IMG/VR virus record: IMGVR_UViG_3300044712_000786 | Coordinates: 1 to 64,000 of that record | Reading direction: 5' to 3' (one strand) | DNA: 64,000 bases | Source: a virus | Taxonomy: Duplodnaviria; Caudoviricetes | Translations under genes and position numbers: made by a program | The notes under the pieces: model-generated | The model's database searches: none | Told to the model about the DNA's origin: nothing | Seen by the model: only the letters and a program-made list of their open reading frames with translations | In this document: piece by piece, positions 29,385-40,400 of the stretch | Position numbering within the stretch: the stretch's first letter is position 1 | Layout of the letters: each line of letters starts with the position of its first letter

Positions 29385-29807
29385 ATGGCAGAACTTTTAT
29401 GCAAAGCTGTTTCAGCGAGCCACTCTGACCCAGTCAAAGACCAACGTGGTTGTTACAAAATCGGTATGATTGTAGAAATCAGGCCCGATGGATGCATTTA
29501 TGGAACCTCAGAAGGGCTACCTACCTTCTTTAAGATTAAGATACCCTTAGTCCCAGTTGACCACCCCTTGCTTCTTAAGCTGATGGATATGCAAAAATCT
29601 GGGGAAACCATTACAAGGCGGCGTAAGTGCTGGCTGCAACACGCCAACATCCCCCTAGCTGCTCGCAATAAGCTTCGCGATACTGGCGAGCTAATCATTA
29701 AGGCTAGCGCGGCTTATAGTGGACCGTTTGATTATTCTTGGACCCAAATCAAGAACTATCTATGGGACGATGACGCACAAGCTAACTTTACTGATGACAT
29801 TAGCTAA
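29385..29807 (+). CDS. Hypothetical protein
   Basis: Strong SD (TAGGAG); stop/start overlap TAATG with the next gene. Confidence 0.65.
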   Translation: MAELLCKAVSASHSDPVKDQRGCYKIGMIVEIRPDGCIYGTSEGLPTFFKIKIPLVPVDHPLLLKLMDMQKSGETITRRRKCWLQHANIPLAARNKLRDTGELIIKASAAYSGPFDYSWTQIKNYLWDDDAQANFTDDIS

Positions 29808-32800
29808 TGGCAACCACAGTTATCAAGACAATTGCTCCCTCGGGTCAAAGTGGAGATTATCTTTCCCTTAATGCGTGGGAAGCGGGAGAACAGAATGACT
29901 TAACTACTGGCGACCTAATATCTTTAGGTGTTATTAGTGGTAATTGGAGTGGTGTCTATGATACCGCGTCTCCTGTTAGTATTGATGGTTGGACAACGAG
30001 CGCTACTAACTATGTAGGTGTTATTACTACTGGGAGTGCTCGCCATTGTGGTGTTTGGGACGCTTCTAAATATATTTTCAACATCCATCCTAATCATGGC
30101 CTTAACATCTATGAAGAGTATACTAAGGTAGATGGATTACAGGTTTGGGGGACGGGTTTACCGTTTCGTCAAGCTATCAATAACAAATGTAATAGTGCAA
30201 ACGCAGATATCTACATTACCAATAATATCATTAGGGGCGATGGACTTCTTATCGGTATCGCGGATGATGTAAGCACTTATCAGTCTGGTAGATTCGTTAA
30301 CATTTATAACAATCTTATCTATGGAATAACTGGTGATAATACTTATTCAATCCTCTTACAAACTAGCGCTAATCGAGTCTTCAATAATACTATTAGCACA
30401 GTGGGGGGGTATGGAATACTACAAAGTACGGCGGGTAATGAGACAGGATTCAGCTACCTAAGAAACAACATAGTTATTGGTGCATCTGTCTCTGATTATG
30501 GACAAGCTGACCATATGTCTGGTGGAGATTATAATATCTCTTATGATAGCACCGCCGATGATTTCGTCTTTGGGAACGGTAATATTAATAGTCGTTTACC
30601 ATTATTCATTAATTCTGGCGCGGGAGACTACCGCTTGTCCCCTTACGATACTGGAGCTATTTTACAGGGAACTGGATTATCTTCTATTTTCACAACCGAC
30701 ATAGCGCAGACTTCTCGCGGAACAGGAAATACATGGGATATTGGAGCTTACCATAGCCCTAGTTATATTCGCACGATTAAAAACACCAGCGGTCACTATA
30801 ATTCAGTAGCCGCATGGGAAGCAGCCGAACAGCAAGATTTAACATTAGTCAATAAAGCTTCTATTGCCGAATTCGGAGTTACTGGAGACTGGTATTATAC
30901 CTACATAAATGGGTGGACTACTAGCCCAACTAACTACATCCATATCAGCGGCTCATCCTTAAATAGTCACTCGGGTTATCTCGATTTGACCAAAAACTAC
31001 TTCATTGATAAGAGATTGACGTTCTATGAACAATACTTGCGGCTTGAAAAACTGCAATGGTTCATGCGAGCAACAGCCGAAGGAAACGAGCCTTGCCTGA
31101 ATAATCAAAATCCTGTAGATGATGCTGCCACTCTGACAGTTGATGACTGTATCTTTACTACTATTAACCCATCGGGCCAAAAAGCCGTTTACTTCTGGAA
31201 CAATGATAACGGAAGCGGCAACTACAGATTTACTAATTGTGTGTTCGACAATTTTTCAGGTAGTAATGGCGCGGCGATAGTTCTTAATGAATATGGCGCG
31301 GGTCGTCCTACCACTTTAGTCTTGAATAATTGTTCGATGCGTAATTGTGCTAGGGGTATGTCATTATACATATCCAATGGGTCTATTGTCAGTGGCTATA
31401 ACAATTTGTTTTGTAACTTGCAATATGATATCGAATCTAATATCAAGAGTCTATCCTATAGTGCAACTTCTTTGACTACGGGAGTTAATGGCCTCAACAC
31501 AGGGAACAATAATACTTTCAATCAAACCTTTACCTTTTTAAGCACGGGGTTAGGAGATGTTCGCTTATCTCCCTATGACACTGGAGCGATTCTGAAAGGA
31601 ACTGGCCTTTCTCATCTATTTACTAAAGATGTGGCGGGGACTTTTAGAGGGACGGGAACAACTTGGGACATCGGCGCTTATCACGCGCCTGAAATGATTC
31701 GCACAATAAAACCCGCTGGGCAAAGCGGAAGCTACAATTCTTTAAGTGCGTGGGAAGCGGGGCAACAGAGAGACTTAACTTTGGTGAATAAGGTAGCAAA
31801 GGGAGAGATAGGGGGAAATTGGAGTGGAGCCGACAGTAATGCATTAGTGGTTGATGGATGGATAACTAGTGCTGATAATTATGTCGAAATTTATACTACG
31901 GGTAACGCTCGCCATAATGGTAGTTGGAACCCAAGTTATCACTATCTTCAGCAAAGCGGGAGCGTGAACACAATTTACATCAATGAAGATTTTACAAAAT
32001 TAAAATGGCTACAAGCTACGAACCTCACGAGTAGCATAGGTAATGGTATTCGAATATTGGGCATTAGTGGAGAAGTCGATGGCTGTATAGTGAAAGGATA
32101 TGATACTACGCAACATAGCGCGGGAATCATGAGTAATACTGATGGCGTCTTAGTGCGTAATTGTGTGGTATCTGATTATCGTTCTACAGGGGGCGTACTC
32201 CATTATGGATTTGAATTTACTGAAGTAGTGAATAGGAAGCTTTATAATAACACTTGTGTTAATTGTGATTATAGCTTCGTAACAAATAGCTCTGTAGACA
32301 TGATGAATTGTTTATCTAACAATTGTCCGCAAGGATTTCATGGGGGAGCATCTGCTGCAAGTTCAAATAACCTTTCAAACTTAGCTAGTGATGCTCCCGG
32401 CCTTAATCCTCGAACTGGCGCAGCTTTGTTCATGGATTCAGGTAACGGAGACTTTCGCCTATCCCCTTACGATACGGGCGCGATGCTGCGAGGAACAGGG
32501 TTATCCCATATCTTTACTACGGATATCGTAGGAACTAGCCGTGGGACTGGCACCGTTTGGGACATCGGGGCACATCATAGCACTGAGATTATCAAAACAG
32601 TAAAGCCATCAGGACAAAGCGGAAATTATAATAGCCTCTCCGCTTGGGAAGCGGGAGAACAAAGAGACTTAACTATCATTAACAAGATAGAAATAGCAGA
32701 AATTGACGGTAACTGGACTGAGGTAGACCCGAATCAATTAGACATTAATGGCTACACAACCGATATAGATAACTATTTAGTCATAAGAGCCGTAGGCTCA

Positions 32801-33913
32801 GCACGACATGCAGGAAAATGGGATAATACGAAATATATCTTAAGTCCAACAGTCAGCCCCACCACGAGAACCTATGAAAACTATACTCGTTATGAGGGTC
32901 TGCAAATGACTACTCAAGTAACGGGTGCTTCAATCATTGTTCATTTCGGGTTTTCTTTTTACAATACTATTGACTCATGTTTAGTGGTTGCTAACGGGCC
33001 TCGCGCCGATTCGGGAATATGTTATGGTATTATCGCTGAAACAAGCGGAAGTTTAGTTAAAAATTGCGTAGTAACTAATGCCAAATCAGCAGACGCGAGT
33101 AGCGCAGAAGGGTTCTCAATACAATATAATAGCGTTGCTTTAAATTGCACGGCCTATAACTGTGGCAGAGGATTTAGGGCATATCCTAATGATGTTGCTA
33201 CGGTTATCAACTGCTTAGCCCAGAATTGCAATGATGGATTCTTCACGGCGTCTAACTGGCATACGGGTTCTTCTAATAACTGCTCAGACTTATCGAGCGA
33301 TACTCCCGGCGCTAACCCTCATACGGGCACCGTCCAATTTGTCAACGCTGCCAACGGCGACTTTAGACTTAGCAGTGAAGACACAGTAGCGAAAGGTCAG
33401 GGAGTTAATCTTTCTTCTCTTTTTACTACAGACGTTGGCGGCAATACTAGAACTGAGCCTTGGGACATCGGCGCTAGTATTTGGTTTGATGTTTCTGTCT
33501 CGGGTGCAAATGTTCAGATAAGTAGTCCAATTTCTGATGTCTCCACGGGCTTTTGGTCGATAGCCCCGCTATACGAGAAGATAGATGAAATTTCTCCGAG
33601 CGATTCGGATTATATCTACTCTTCAACTAATCCTAGCAACGATACTTGCGAAGTATTGTTAACTGGAGCAATTAATCCAAATGTTCATACTGGGCATTAT
33701 TTAACTTATAGATATCAAAAAGAACTGGATAATTCAAATCAAATTAATCTAGTAGTCGGGCTATATGAAGGAACGACTTTGATTTCTCAGCAAACCCACA
33801 ATGACATTCCTTATGGCTGGATAACTACTGGATTCTATTTAACTTCGGGCGAAGCGGCTACTATCACAAACTATAACAATATTAGGGTAAGATTGACGGC
33901 AAATAAGGTCTAA
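29807..33913 (+). CDS. Virion-associated protein with four tandem parallel beta-helix (pectin-lyase-like) modules
   Basis: Four units, each starting TIK...Y.SL.AWEA.EQ.DLT and ending GD.RLS...T.A...G..LS..FT.D.....R....WDIGA. Interiors are rich in N/C ladders (NNTCVNC, NCTAYNC). Confidence 0.7.
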   Translation: MATTVIKTIAPSGQSGDYLSLNAWEAGEQNDLTTGDLISLGVISGNWSGVYDTASPVSIDGWTTSATNYVGVITTGSARHCGVWDASKYIFNIHPNHGLNIYEEYTKVDGLQVWGTGLPFRQAINNKCNSANADIYITNNIIRGDGLLIGIADDVSTYQSGRFVNIYNNLIYGITGDNTYSILLQTSANRVFNNTISTVGGYGILQSTAGNETGFSYLRNNIVIGASVSDYGQADHMSGGDYNISYDSTADDFVFGNGNINSRLPLFINSGAGDYRLSPYDTGAILQGTGLSSIFTTDIAQTSRGTGNTWDIGAYHSPSYIRTIKNTSGHYNSVAAWEAAEQQDLTLVNKASIAEFGVTGDWYYTYINGWTTSPTNYIHISGSSLNSHSGYLDLTKNYFIDKRLTFYEQYLRLEKLQWFMRATAEGNEPCLNNQNPVDDAATLTVDDCIFTTINPSGQKAVYFWNNDNGSGNYRFTNCVFDNFSGSNGAAIVLNEYGAGRPTTLVLNNCSMRNCARGMSLYISNGSIVSGYNNLFCNLQYDIESNIKSLSYSATSLTTGVNGLNTGNNNTFNQTFTFLSTGLGDVRLSPYDTGAILKGTGLSHLFTKDVAGTFRGTGTTWDIGAYHAPEMIRTIKPAGQSGSYNSLSAWEAGQQRDLTLVNKVAKGEIGGNWSGADSNALVVDGWITSADNYVEIYTTGNARHNGSWNPSYHYLQQSGSVNTIYINEDFTKLKWLQATNLTSSIGNGIRILGISGEVDGCIVKGYDTTQHSAGIMSNTDGVLVRNCVVSDYRSTGGVLHYGFEFTEVVNRKLYNNTCVNCDYSFVTNSSVDMMNCLSNNCPQGFHGGASAASSNNLSNLASDAPGLNPRTGAALFMDSGNGDFRLSPYDTGAMLRGTGLSHIFTTDIVGTSRGTGTVWDIGAHHSTEIIKTVKPSGQSGNYNSLSAWEAGEQRDLTIINKIEIAEIDGNWTEVDPNQLDINGYTTDIDNYLVIRAVGSARHAGKWDNTKYILSPTVSPTTRTYENYTRYEGLQMTTQVTGASIIVHFGFSFYNTIDSCLVVANGPRADSGICYGIIAETSGSLVKNCVVTNAKSADASSAEGFSIQYNSVALNCTAYNCGRGFRAYPNDVATVINCLAQNCNDGFFTASNWHTGSSNNCSDLSSDTPGANPHTGTVQFVNAANGDFRLSSEDTVAKGQGVNLSSLFTTDVGGNTRTEPWDIGASIWFDVSVSGANVQISSPISDVSTGFWSIAPLYEKIDEISPSDSDYIYSSTNPSNDTCEVLLTGAINPNVHTGHYLTYRYQKELDNSNQINLVVGLYEGTTLISQQTHNDIPYGWITTGFYLTSGEAATITNYNNIRVRLTANKV

Positions 33914-36900
33914 TGCCTTACGATGTATTAACAAGTTCGAATGCTGCATGGCCATGGCCAAGCGGAGTAACGGGTTTGTACGTTGAAGGTATTGGTGGTG
34001 GTGGCGCTGGTGGTTATGGTGCTGCTAACCCCGCTTATTGCGGCGGTGGTAAAGGCGGTACTTATGTAAAGAAATTTATTACTAAAGGTGTTGAAAGCAC
34101 GTTAAATATTACTGTTGGCGCGGGTGGCTTGGGAAATAATACTGCGGCTCAAAACGGTTCAGCTTCTTATGTCATACAAAATGGCACGGCGGTTTTCTCC
34201 GCTCCCGGTGGTGCGGGAGTAGCTACTAATGGGACAGTGGGAGCAACGGCTCTTATAGGGGCCATCACTGGTACTACTTTTTATCACGGAGGCAATGGAG
34301 CTAGCTCAACGAGCACTTTTGGTGGTGGTGGTGGCGGTGCAGGTGGACCTACTAGTAGCGGAGTCAATTGTACGGCAGGAGCTTCGGCGGGTCTATTTGG
34401 AGCAGCAGGCAACGGGACTTTTCTTAATGGTTTGACTTATCAGGGTGGGGGTGGAGCCAGCGTAGCCGTTCGTACTGTTGGTAATACTGGTATAGCCTAC
34501 GGTGGTGGTGGTGCTGGCGGAAGCACTAACCAAGTTTCTGACAAAGCGGGTGGTAACGGCGGTCAAGGTATAATTGTTTTATCTTACTCAGTTATTAACA
34601 CTAACTCCATTAATGGTTTAGCGGCAATTACAGCAGGTTCGACTACTTATACTTATACCATTGACGGTCTAGCTAACATACAAAAGACTTTATCTAGTGA
34701 TTTATTGGGCCTAGCTCGAATTTTAGTTACTAATTTCAACTCAATAGATGGTTTATCTAGAATTTCTAAAAGTAGCGCTTCTGAGATAAGCGGTTTGACT
34801 AGAATTCAAAATAGTAGCACAGAAACGGCAAAAGGTAGCGCTCGTATTCAAGTTTCTAGCGCTTATAATCTAAATGGTTTAAGTAGAATCCAAGCAGTCG
34901 AATCTTTTAGCGTATATGGCTTAGCACGCATTCAATCCGCCCAATCCTATAGCGTTTTGGGTTGTGCGAGTATTGTTGCAACAGCGGGTAACTCTGCCCA
35001 AGTTTCTTGGGTTCAGTTTCAAGTTCCCCTAGTTCAGGGCGCGGCACCAACTACATATACAGAGACCATCAATGGCCTAGCTAGGATACTAAATACTTCT
35101 AGTTCTAATTTACTTGGCTTAGCTCGAATTCAATCGACGCTTATCAACAATATAGTTGGTCTAGCGAGAATTAGCAAATCTAGTTCATTTACGATTAGTG
35201 GCTTATCTAGAATACAATCTTCGTATTCTAATTCAATAAATGGTTTAGCCCGAATTCAAGTAACTAATTTAAGTTCTATATCGGGTCTTGCAAGAATCCT
35301 GAATTCAGCAAGTTACGCAATTTTAGGCTTAGCTAGAGTAAAAAATACCCTATATGGTAGTATCTCTGGCTTAAGCAGAATACAAAGCGCTTATTCTTTC
35401 TCGGTTCTTGGCTTAGCTAGACTTAAAATAACGAACGCTAATACCGTTCAAGGTTTAGCTCGAATTACCGCTTCTTCTAGTAGTTCAATTATCGGTTTAG
35501 CGAGAATAAGGGCTTCTCTATCTAATACTATTTCTGGTTTAGCTAGAATTTTAAATAGTTCTTCTGCCTCTGTTAGTGGTTTAGCTCGAATTTCTAGCTC
35601 GGCTAATTATAGTATTAATGGCTTAGCTCGAATTTTTGCGACAACTCAGTATTCGATTAGCGGCACAGCACTTATTCAGGGGTTATTCGAAAAGAGCCAT
35701 TCTATTTATGGTTTAGCTAGAATATTTAATACCTCTTCCGCTAATATTAGCGGTTTAGCTAAAATATCGATTACTTATTCTAATAGTCTTTCGGGCTCTG
35801 CTCGTATTACTTCTCCAGTTTCAAGCTATTTAATCGGCTCAGCTAGAATTCAAAAGACTTCTGGAAGCCAGATAAACGGTAACGCTAGGATACTAGTTCC
35901 CCTTACTTATAATATTCAGGGTCTTGCGAGAATTCTCAAGACGGTCTCTAGTGATATCCAAGGTTTAGCAAGGATTCAAAATAGCTCGGTTAATACGATT
36001 TCTGGTCTAGCCCGTATCTCTAAAACAGCCCTTTACAGCGCATCGGGCTTGGCGAGAATTCAGAAAGCTAGCTCGTTCACCATTTCTGGCCTTGCGAAAA
36101 TTGCCGTTAACTACAACTATTCAATTAACGGTCTAGCTAGAATATATGCAACTTCGACTAATAGCATATTTGGTCAAGCCTATATCGCAAGTTTAGTAGG
36201 TAAAACTAATAGTATCATTGGTCTAGCTCGAATCTTCAATACTAGCCGCTCTCAGTTATTCGGCCTAGCGAGAATTTCCAAGAGTTTCTCTAGTAACGTT
36301 TCGGGCCAAGCTCGAATACAAAAATCTCTATCTAGCAGTATTAATGGTCTAGCGCGAATTCAGGCGGCTCAAGTTTATACTGTTAATGGCTTAGCTAGAA
36401 TTCAGAATGCGTTTAGTTCATTTGTCTTGGGCTCAGCTAGGGTAAGTAAATCTTTAGTTAGTGCAATTTCTGGTCAAGCTAGGATTTCTAAGAGCTTGGA
36501 AAGCTCTATCTCTGGACTTTCGAGGATTAAGACTTCTTCTGTTTATTCCCAATTGGGGCTAGCACAGATTAAGAGCACGTTAAGTTATTCTATATCGGGA
36601 ACAGCTAACATAGTTCAAACGAGCAGTCAGGTTAAGACTATTTCTGGCTTAGTCCGAATTTATAACACCTACTCATCTTCCATTAATGGTTCCGCTAGAA
36701 TCTTAAGGCACATATCTACGGATATCGTTGGTTTAGCTCGAATCAAAGCCTCCAGTAGCCAGAATATCAGCGGATTAGGAAGAATTGAAAAGAGCTTTTC
36801 TAATACTGTTTCTGGCTTAGCTAGGGTGATGTTGGTTCAAAGTGGAGAAATCAGCGGCTCTGCTAGAATCTTCAATACTTACTCTTACGGTATCCAAGGA

Positions 36901-37110
36901 CAAGTTTTAATCATTGGAATTACCATAGGATTTGGAATAGACATTACTTTAAATACTTCCAAGCCCAATAATTCGGCTATTACAACTAAGCCTAATAATT
37001 ACGCTAATACAACTCAACCCGACAACAATATAACCACAACTAAGCCCAGTCACCAGCTTATAACGACTAAACCTTCATTTTCTATAGAAACTCAACGTCC
37101 TAATACCTAA
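33913..37110 (+). CDS. Fibre-like protein: Gly-rich N-terminal domain + ~53 x 14-aa GLARI repeats + TKP tail
   Basis: GGGGAGG blocks at about 33988-34570; repeats at 34615-36912; T(K/Q)P ~9-aa repeats at the C-terminus. Confidence 0.7.
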   Translation: MPYDVLTSSNAAWPWPSGVTGLYVEGIGGGGAGGYGAANPAYCGGGKGGTYVKKFITKGVESTLNITVGAGGLGNNTAAQNGSASYVIQNGTAVFSAPGGAGVATNGTVGATALIGAITGTTFYHGGNGASSTSTFGGGGGGAGGPTSSGVNCTAGASAGLFGAAGNGTFLNGLTYQGGGGASVAVRTVGNTGIAYGGGGAGGSTNQVSDKAGGNGGQGIIVLSYSVINTNSINGLAAITAGSTTYTYTIDGLANIQKTLSSDLLGLARILVTNFNSIDGLSRISKSSASEISGLTRIQNSSTETAKGSARIQVSSAYNLNGLSRIQAVESFSVYGLARIQSAQSYSVLGCASIVATAGNSAQVSWVQFQVPLVQGAAPTTYTETINGLARILNTSSSNLLGLARIQSTLINNIVGLARISKSSSFTISGLSRIQSSYSNSINGLARIQVTNLSSISGLARILNSASYAILGLARVKNTLYGSISGLSRIQSAYSFSVLGLARLKITNANTVQGLARITASSSSSIIGLARIRASLSNTISGLARILNSSSASVSGLARISSSANYSINGLARIFATTQYSISGTALIQGLFEKSHSIYGLARIFNTSSANISGLAKISITYSNSLSGSARITSPVSSYLIGSARIQKTSGSQINGNARILVPLTYNIQGLARILKTVSSDIQGLARIQNSSVNTISGLARISKTALYSASGLARIQKASSFTISGLAKIAVNYNYSINGLARIYATSTNSIFGQAYIASLVGKTNSIIGLARIFNTSRSQLFGLARISKSFSSNVSGQARIQKSLSSSINGLARIQAAQVYTVNGLARIQNAFSSFVLGSARVSKSLVSAISGQARISKSLESSISGLSRIKTSSVYSQLGLAQIKSTLSYSISGTANIVQTSSQVKTISGLVRIYNTYSSSINGSARILRHISTDIVGLARIKASSSQNISGLGRIEKSFSNTVSGLARVMLVQSGEISGSARIFNTYSYGIQGQVLIIGITIGFGIDITLNTSKPNNSAITTKPNNYANTTQPDNNITTTKPSHQLITTKPSFSIETQRPNT
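34615..36912 (+). repeat. 42-nt (14-aa) coding tandem repeat, consensus S-I-x-G-L-A-R-I
   Basis: About 53 units counted by eye; interrupted once near 34985-35070. Confidence 0.9.
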
Positions 37111-37117
37111 AATACAA

Positions 37118-37123
37118 GTGTAA
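37118..37123 (+). promoter_or_regulatory. GTGTAA putative late promoter
   Basis: 8 nt before the ATG at 37132. Confidence 0.65.
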
Positions 37124-37131
37124 TTAATAAC

Positions 37132-37470
37132 ATGGCAGTCGAGACATCAAATTTTTCGATAAGGCAAGGCGACACAGTTAATATCAGGATTTACGCTAAG
37201 GATTCTGAAGGCAATTATCTTGATTTAACTAATTATTCGGTAACAGGGTCGGTAAGAGAAAGGTTTTCAAGCACTACAGCTTTATTCCCTTTAAGTCCGA
37301 CAATCCATCCCTCGTTAGTCAGCGGAATAGTGGATATAACCATTAGTAGCTCCGATACGGAGTCTATTCCTGTTAACCGATATGTCTATGATATAGAGGT
37401 TTACGACTTTTCTTCAACTTATAAAGTCGCCAATGGTTATTTATCTATTCAGCCTGAAGTAACGAGATGA
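37132..37470 (+). CDS. BppU-like Ig-fold adaptor protein
   Basis: IRQGDT...DLTNYSVTGSVR...GIVDITISSSDT...YVYDIEV. Confidence 0.65.
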   Translation: MAVETSNFSIRQGDTVNIRIYAKDSEGNYLDLTNYSVTGSVRERFSSTTALFPLSPTIHPSLVSGIVDITISSSDTESIPVNRYVYDIEVYDFSSTYKVANGYLSIQPEVTR

Positions 37471-40400
37471 CTACTAGAATTCCTGTAACAGACATATCGG
37501 GTAAGATGGTTTGGCCATCTGCCATATCTAACTATCAGACGGTAGTAGATTCCATGGCCGCTTTAAGGGCTTTTGACGTAGGACCAGTAGTAGATGGACA
37601 AACGGTTTTCGTCAAAGGGTATTATGCCGTAGGCGACTTAGGAGGGGGAAATTTTCGTTGGGACGCTACTTCTACCGCTACTGACGATAGCGGCATGTAT
37701 ATTGTTCCCGATTCTAATCCCGCTGCTGGACGATGGATTCGGTTTCTTAATGGGGAAGCGTTTAACGTCAAAATGTGGGGCGCGAAAAGCGATATGGTGT
37801 TTTCAGACCCAGACCATTGGGTAGATGGAGCGGGAACAGATAATGCCCCCATGTTTAATAGGGCTATTCAGTCAATTGCTGGCCAGCAAGTTTTTAACCA
37901 TTCTCGGGAATTAATATTTCCTCATGGAGCCTATTTAGTTAAAGATACTATTTATCTTTGGGCTAATATGAAATATTCTACAGACGGTGCATTAAATAGC
38001 ACGTTTGTATGGATGTCAAGCGGAGTTAATAAAGACATCTTTGTTTCTAGAAATGCTTCTGGAGCTATAGATAGGATGAATCGCCCCCCTCCCGCCGCTT
38101 CTGGAACAGTCCCAGATGGATATTATCAAACAGTGGGAGATGACCATGCGCTGAAATTTGATGGAATGGTTATCGCTTACTGCGGGTTTAATGATGCACA
38201 ACCCCCTGATGCTGGAATAGTTAGTTATACCTCCCAGACTGGATATAGCTGCTTTGTTTGGTGTCATCCCGGTGAAGGTTCAGAACTTAACAACCTTTAT
38301 ACTTGGGGTGGTAAATATGGTATTAGAACAATAGGCGGGGGCGCTCCCGGTCCTTACGTTAGAAGAGTTTCGGCTTGGCACCCAGCTAAAGCGGGTTTCG
38401 GTTACGAAGCTATTAAAAATTGGTTCAGGGTAGATGGCTCTTGGGTTCTCAAAAAAGATGGCGCTGGGAATATCTTTAGTTTAGACAATCCCTCCTGTGA
38501 TTATAGGGCTTGGAATTGGTCTGGCGGTATGGTTCATATTCAAGATAACGCTGGAAGCGTTTATCTCAAGGGGCCTAAATTCGAAGGAATTGCTAGGAAT
38601 GGGGTAGTATGCGTAGAATACGGTCCAGACGATTGGACAATAGGACAAATCGATATTCAGGGGGGAACATTCAACTGTGGTATTCTGGGAGCCGTTGCAG
38701 ATTATAATAATGTTTGGTCTAGCGCCGTTACATTTAATAAGATTCAAGATACTGGCACTTATGGGGCGGCTATCTATTCTGGGAATTATGACATGCCTAC
38801 TGTTACTATTGACAAAGTCAATATGTATCAAGTCAAATACCTTGTGGAGGATAGAGTAAACGATTATCGATGGGGAATCAGGAGTCTCGGTTTAGACCAA
38901 GGTAGATGTAATAGAAGATTTACTTACAATGGAAGAAGAACTCTTGCTTCTGGGGTAGCTCATTCATCTTATTTCAAGCCATTCGTATCGACGGAAGATA
39001 CGTCTGTAATTCAATTCAGGCCCGACAAAACGGGTTGGTGGAGAATTGCTACGGCAACTAATTATAATTTCGGCGGGACTTTCGAAATTAACGGTGTCTA
39101 TTCTGACTCTACTTCTTTTAACGTAAGTTGTCCTACTTGGTTAGAGAGTGGTTCGGCTAGAGAAGTCGAACTTTCATTAAATAGGTCACCCAACGTAAAA
39201 TCTAAAACAAGCACCTATAACCAAAAACATGTTACTAAAGCTCGTGCGTATTTAGCTTATGGACCGAAGGGGGCTAATTATGAATCTGGTTATACTTGCT
39301 ATTTAGATGTTTATGTAGATAAACCCTTATGGACAAACCCAGCTTGGACGGGCGTAAATTCGGAAGAGTCTTTTATTTATGATTTTCTTTATATAACCTC
39401 TAGAACAGAAAATCGTTATGCGGACTCTAGGGACGAATCCTCATTTATTAAACCAATTTTCTTAGGAACTGGTAAAATAGACTATAGCGGGTTCAATCCA
39501 AATGACCCCAACCTTTATTCATTCGGACAGTTGGATTTCGAAAATCAGGGATTTGTTTGCAACGATGGTTCGCCCGTGGGCGCTCACTTAAAAATGGGCG
39601 ATGAGCATATCTTTGTAGATAATAACGGTGTTCTGAAAAGATATAATCAGGGCGCTCAAGTTATCATAGTAGATAATCAGAACGCTCAAACTTATACAGA
39701 TTATAGAGCCTTCTTTACTTCTGGTGGTGGTGGAGTTGAATATATTTTAAGAAGTCATACGGGGAACCTGAGGGATGCGATTACTACTCCTAGAGTATTT
39801 GTTTCCCCATACGAGACGGGAAATGGTATAGGCGCGTTGTTTTCAGCTACCCCATTCTATCTAACTGGTATTACCGTAGTCAATGCGGGTTCTGGCTATA
39901 ATAAGAATCCCTCTATGACAGATGGCCATAAAATCTTATTTGAAGAAGATTATGGCAACGAAATAATGGCGAGTCGCAGGTTATACGCTAATGACGTATT
40001 CTATATTACTAATCCCAGCGCTAATTCTAGAATTATCTCGGGCTCTGGATTTTATACCAGTCTATTCGTAGGAGACAGACTAGTAGGACCCAACAACTCG
40101 AACTATTTAATTGATTACGTAGTAGACGATAAAGTTGCTATTATAAGCCCTTTTTATCCAGCAGCCGTAACCAATGGTATGTTCAGGAGAGCTGGATATA
40201 GTTTAGTTAAACAGGAAACTGGTTTTTATCATGCCGTAACTGATGTAAAAATTTCGTTATTACATGATACGCCTTGGCATTCTGGCAGCGGATTTACTAA
40301 ACTTGTGGTGCGCTCTACTAATGGGGCAACGGTAGCCGAAATAGCAAGGACGGGTATGTCTGGTGTTCTTCAACCCCCAATTAGCTTTTATTGGCCTGTT

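Noticed and set aside
29807-33913. Near-identical cap repeats as DGR or CRISPR-like repeats
   Set aside because: They are protein-level repeats with third-position divergence and ~900-nt spacing.
34615-36912. 42-nt periodic sequence as a CRISPR array
   Set aside because: The recurring GGTTTAGCTAGAATT-like core is degenerate at wobble positions and lies in an intact ORF; no cas genes are present.
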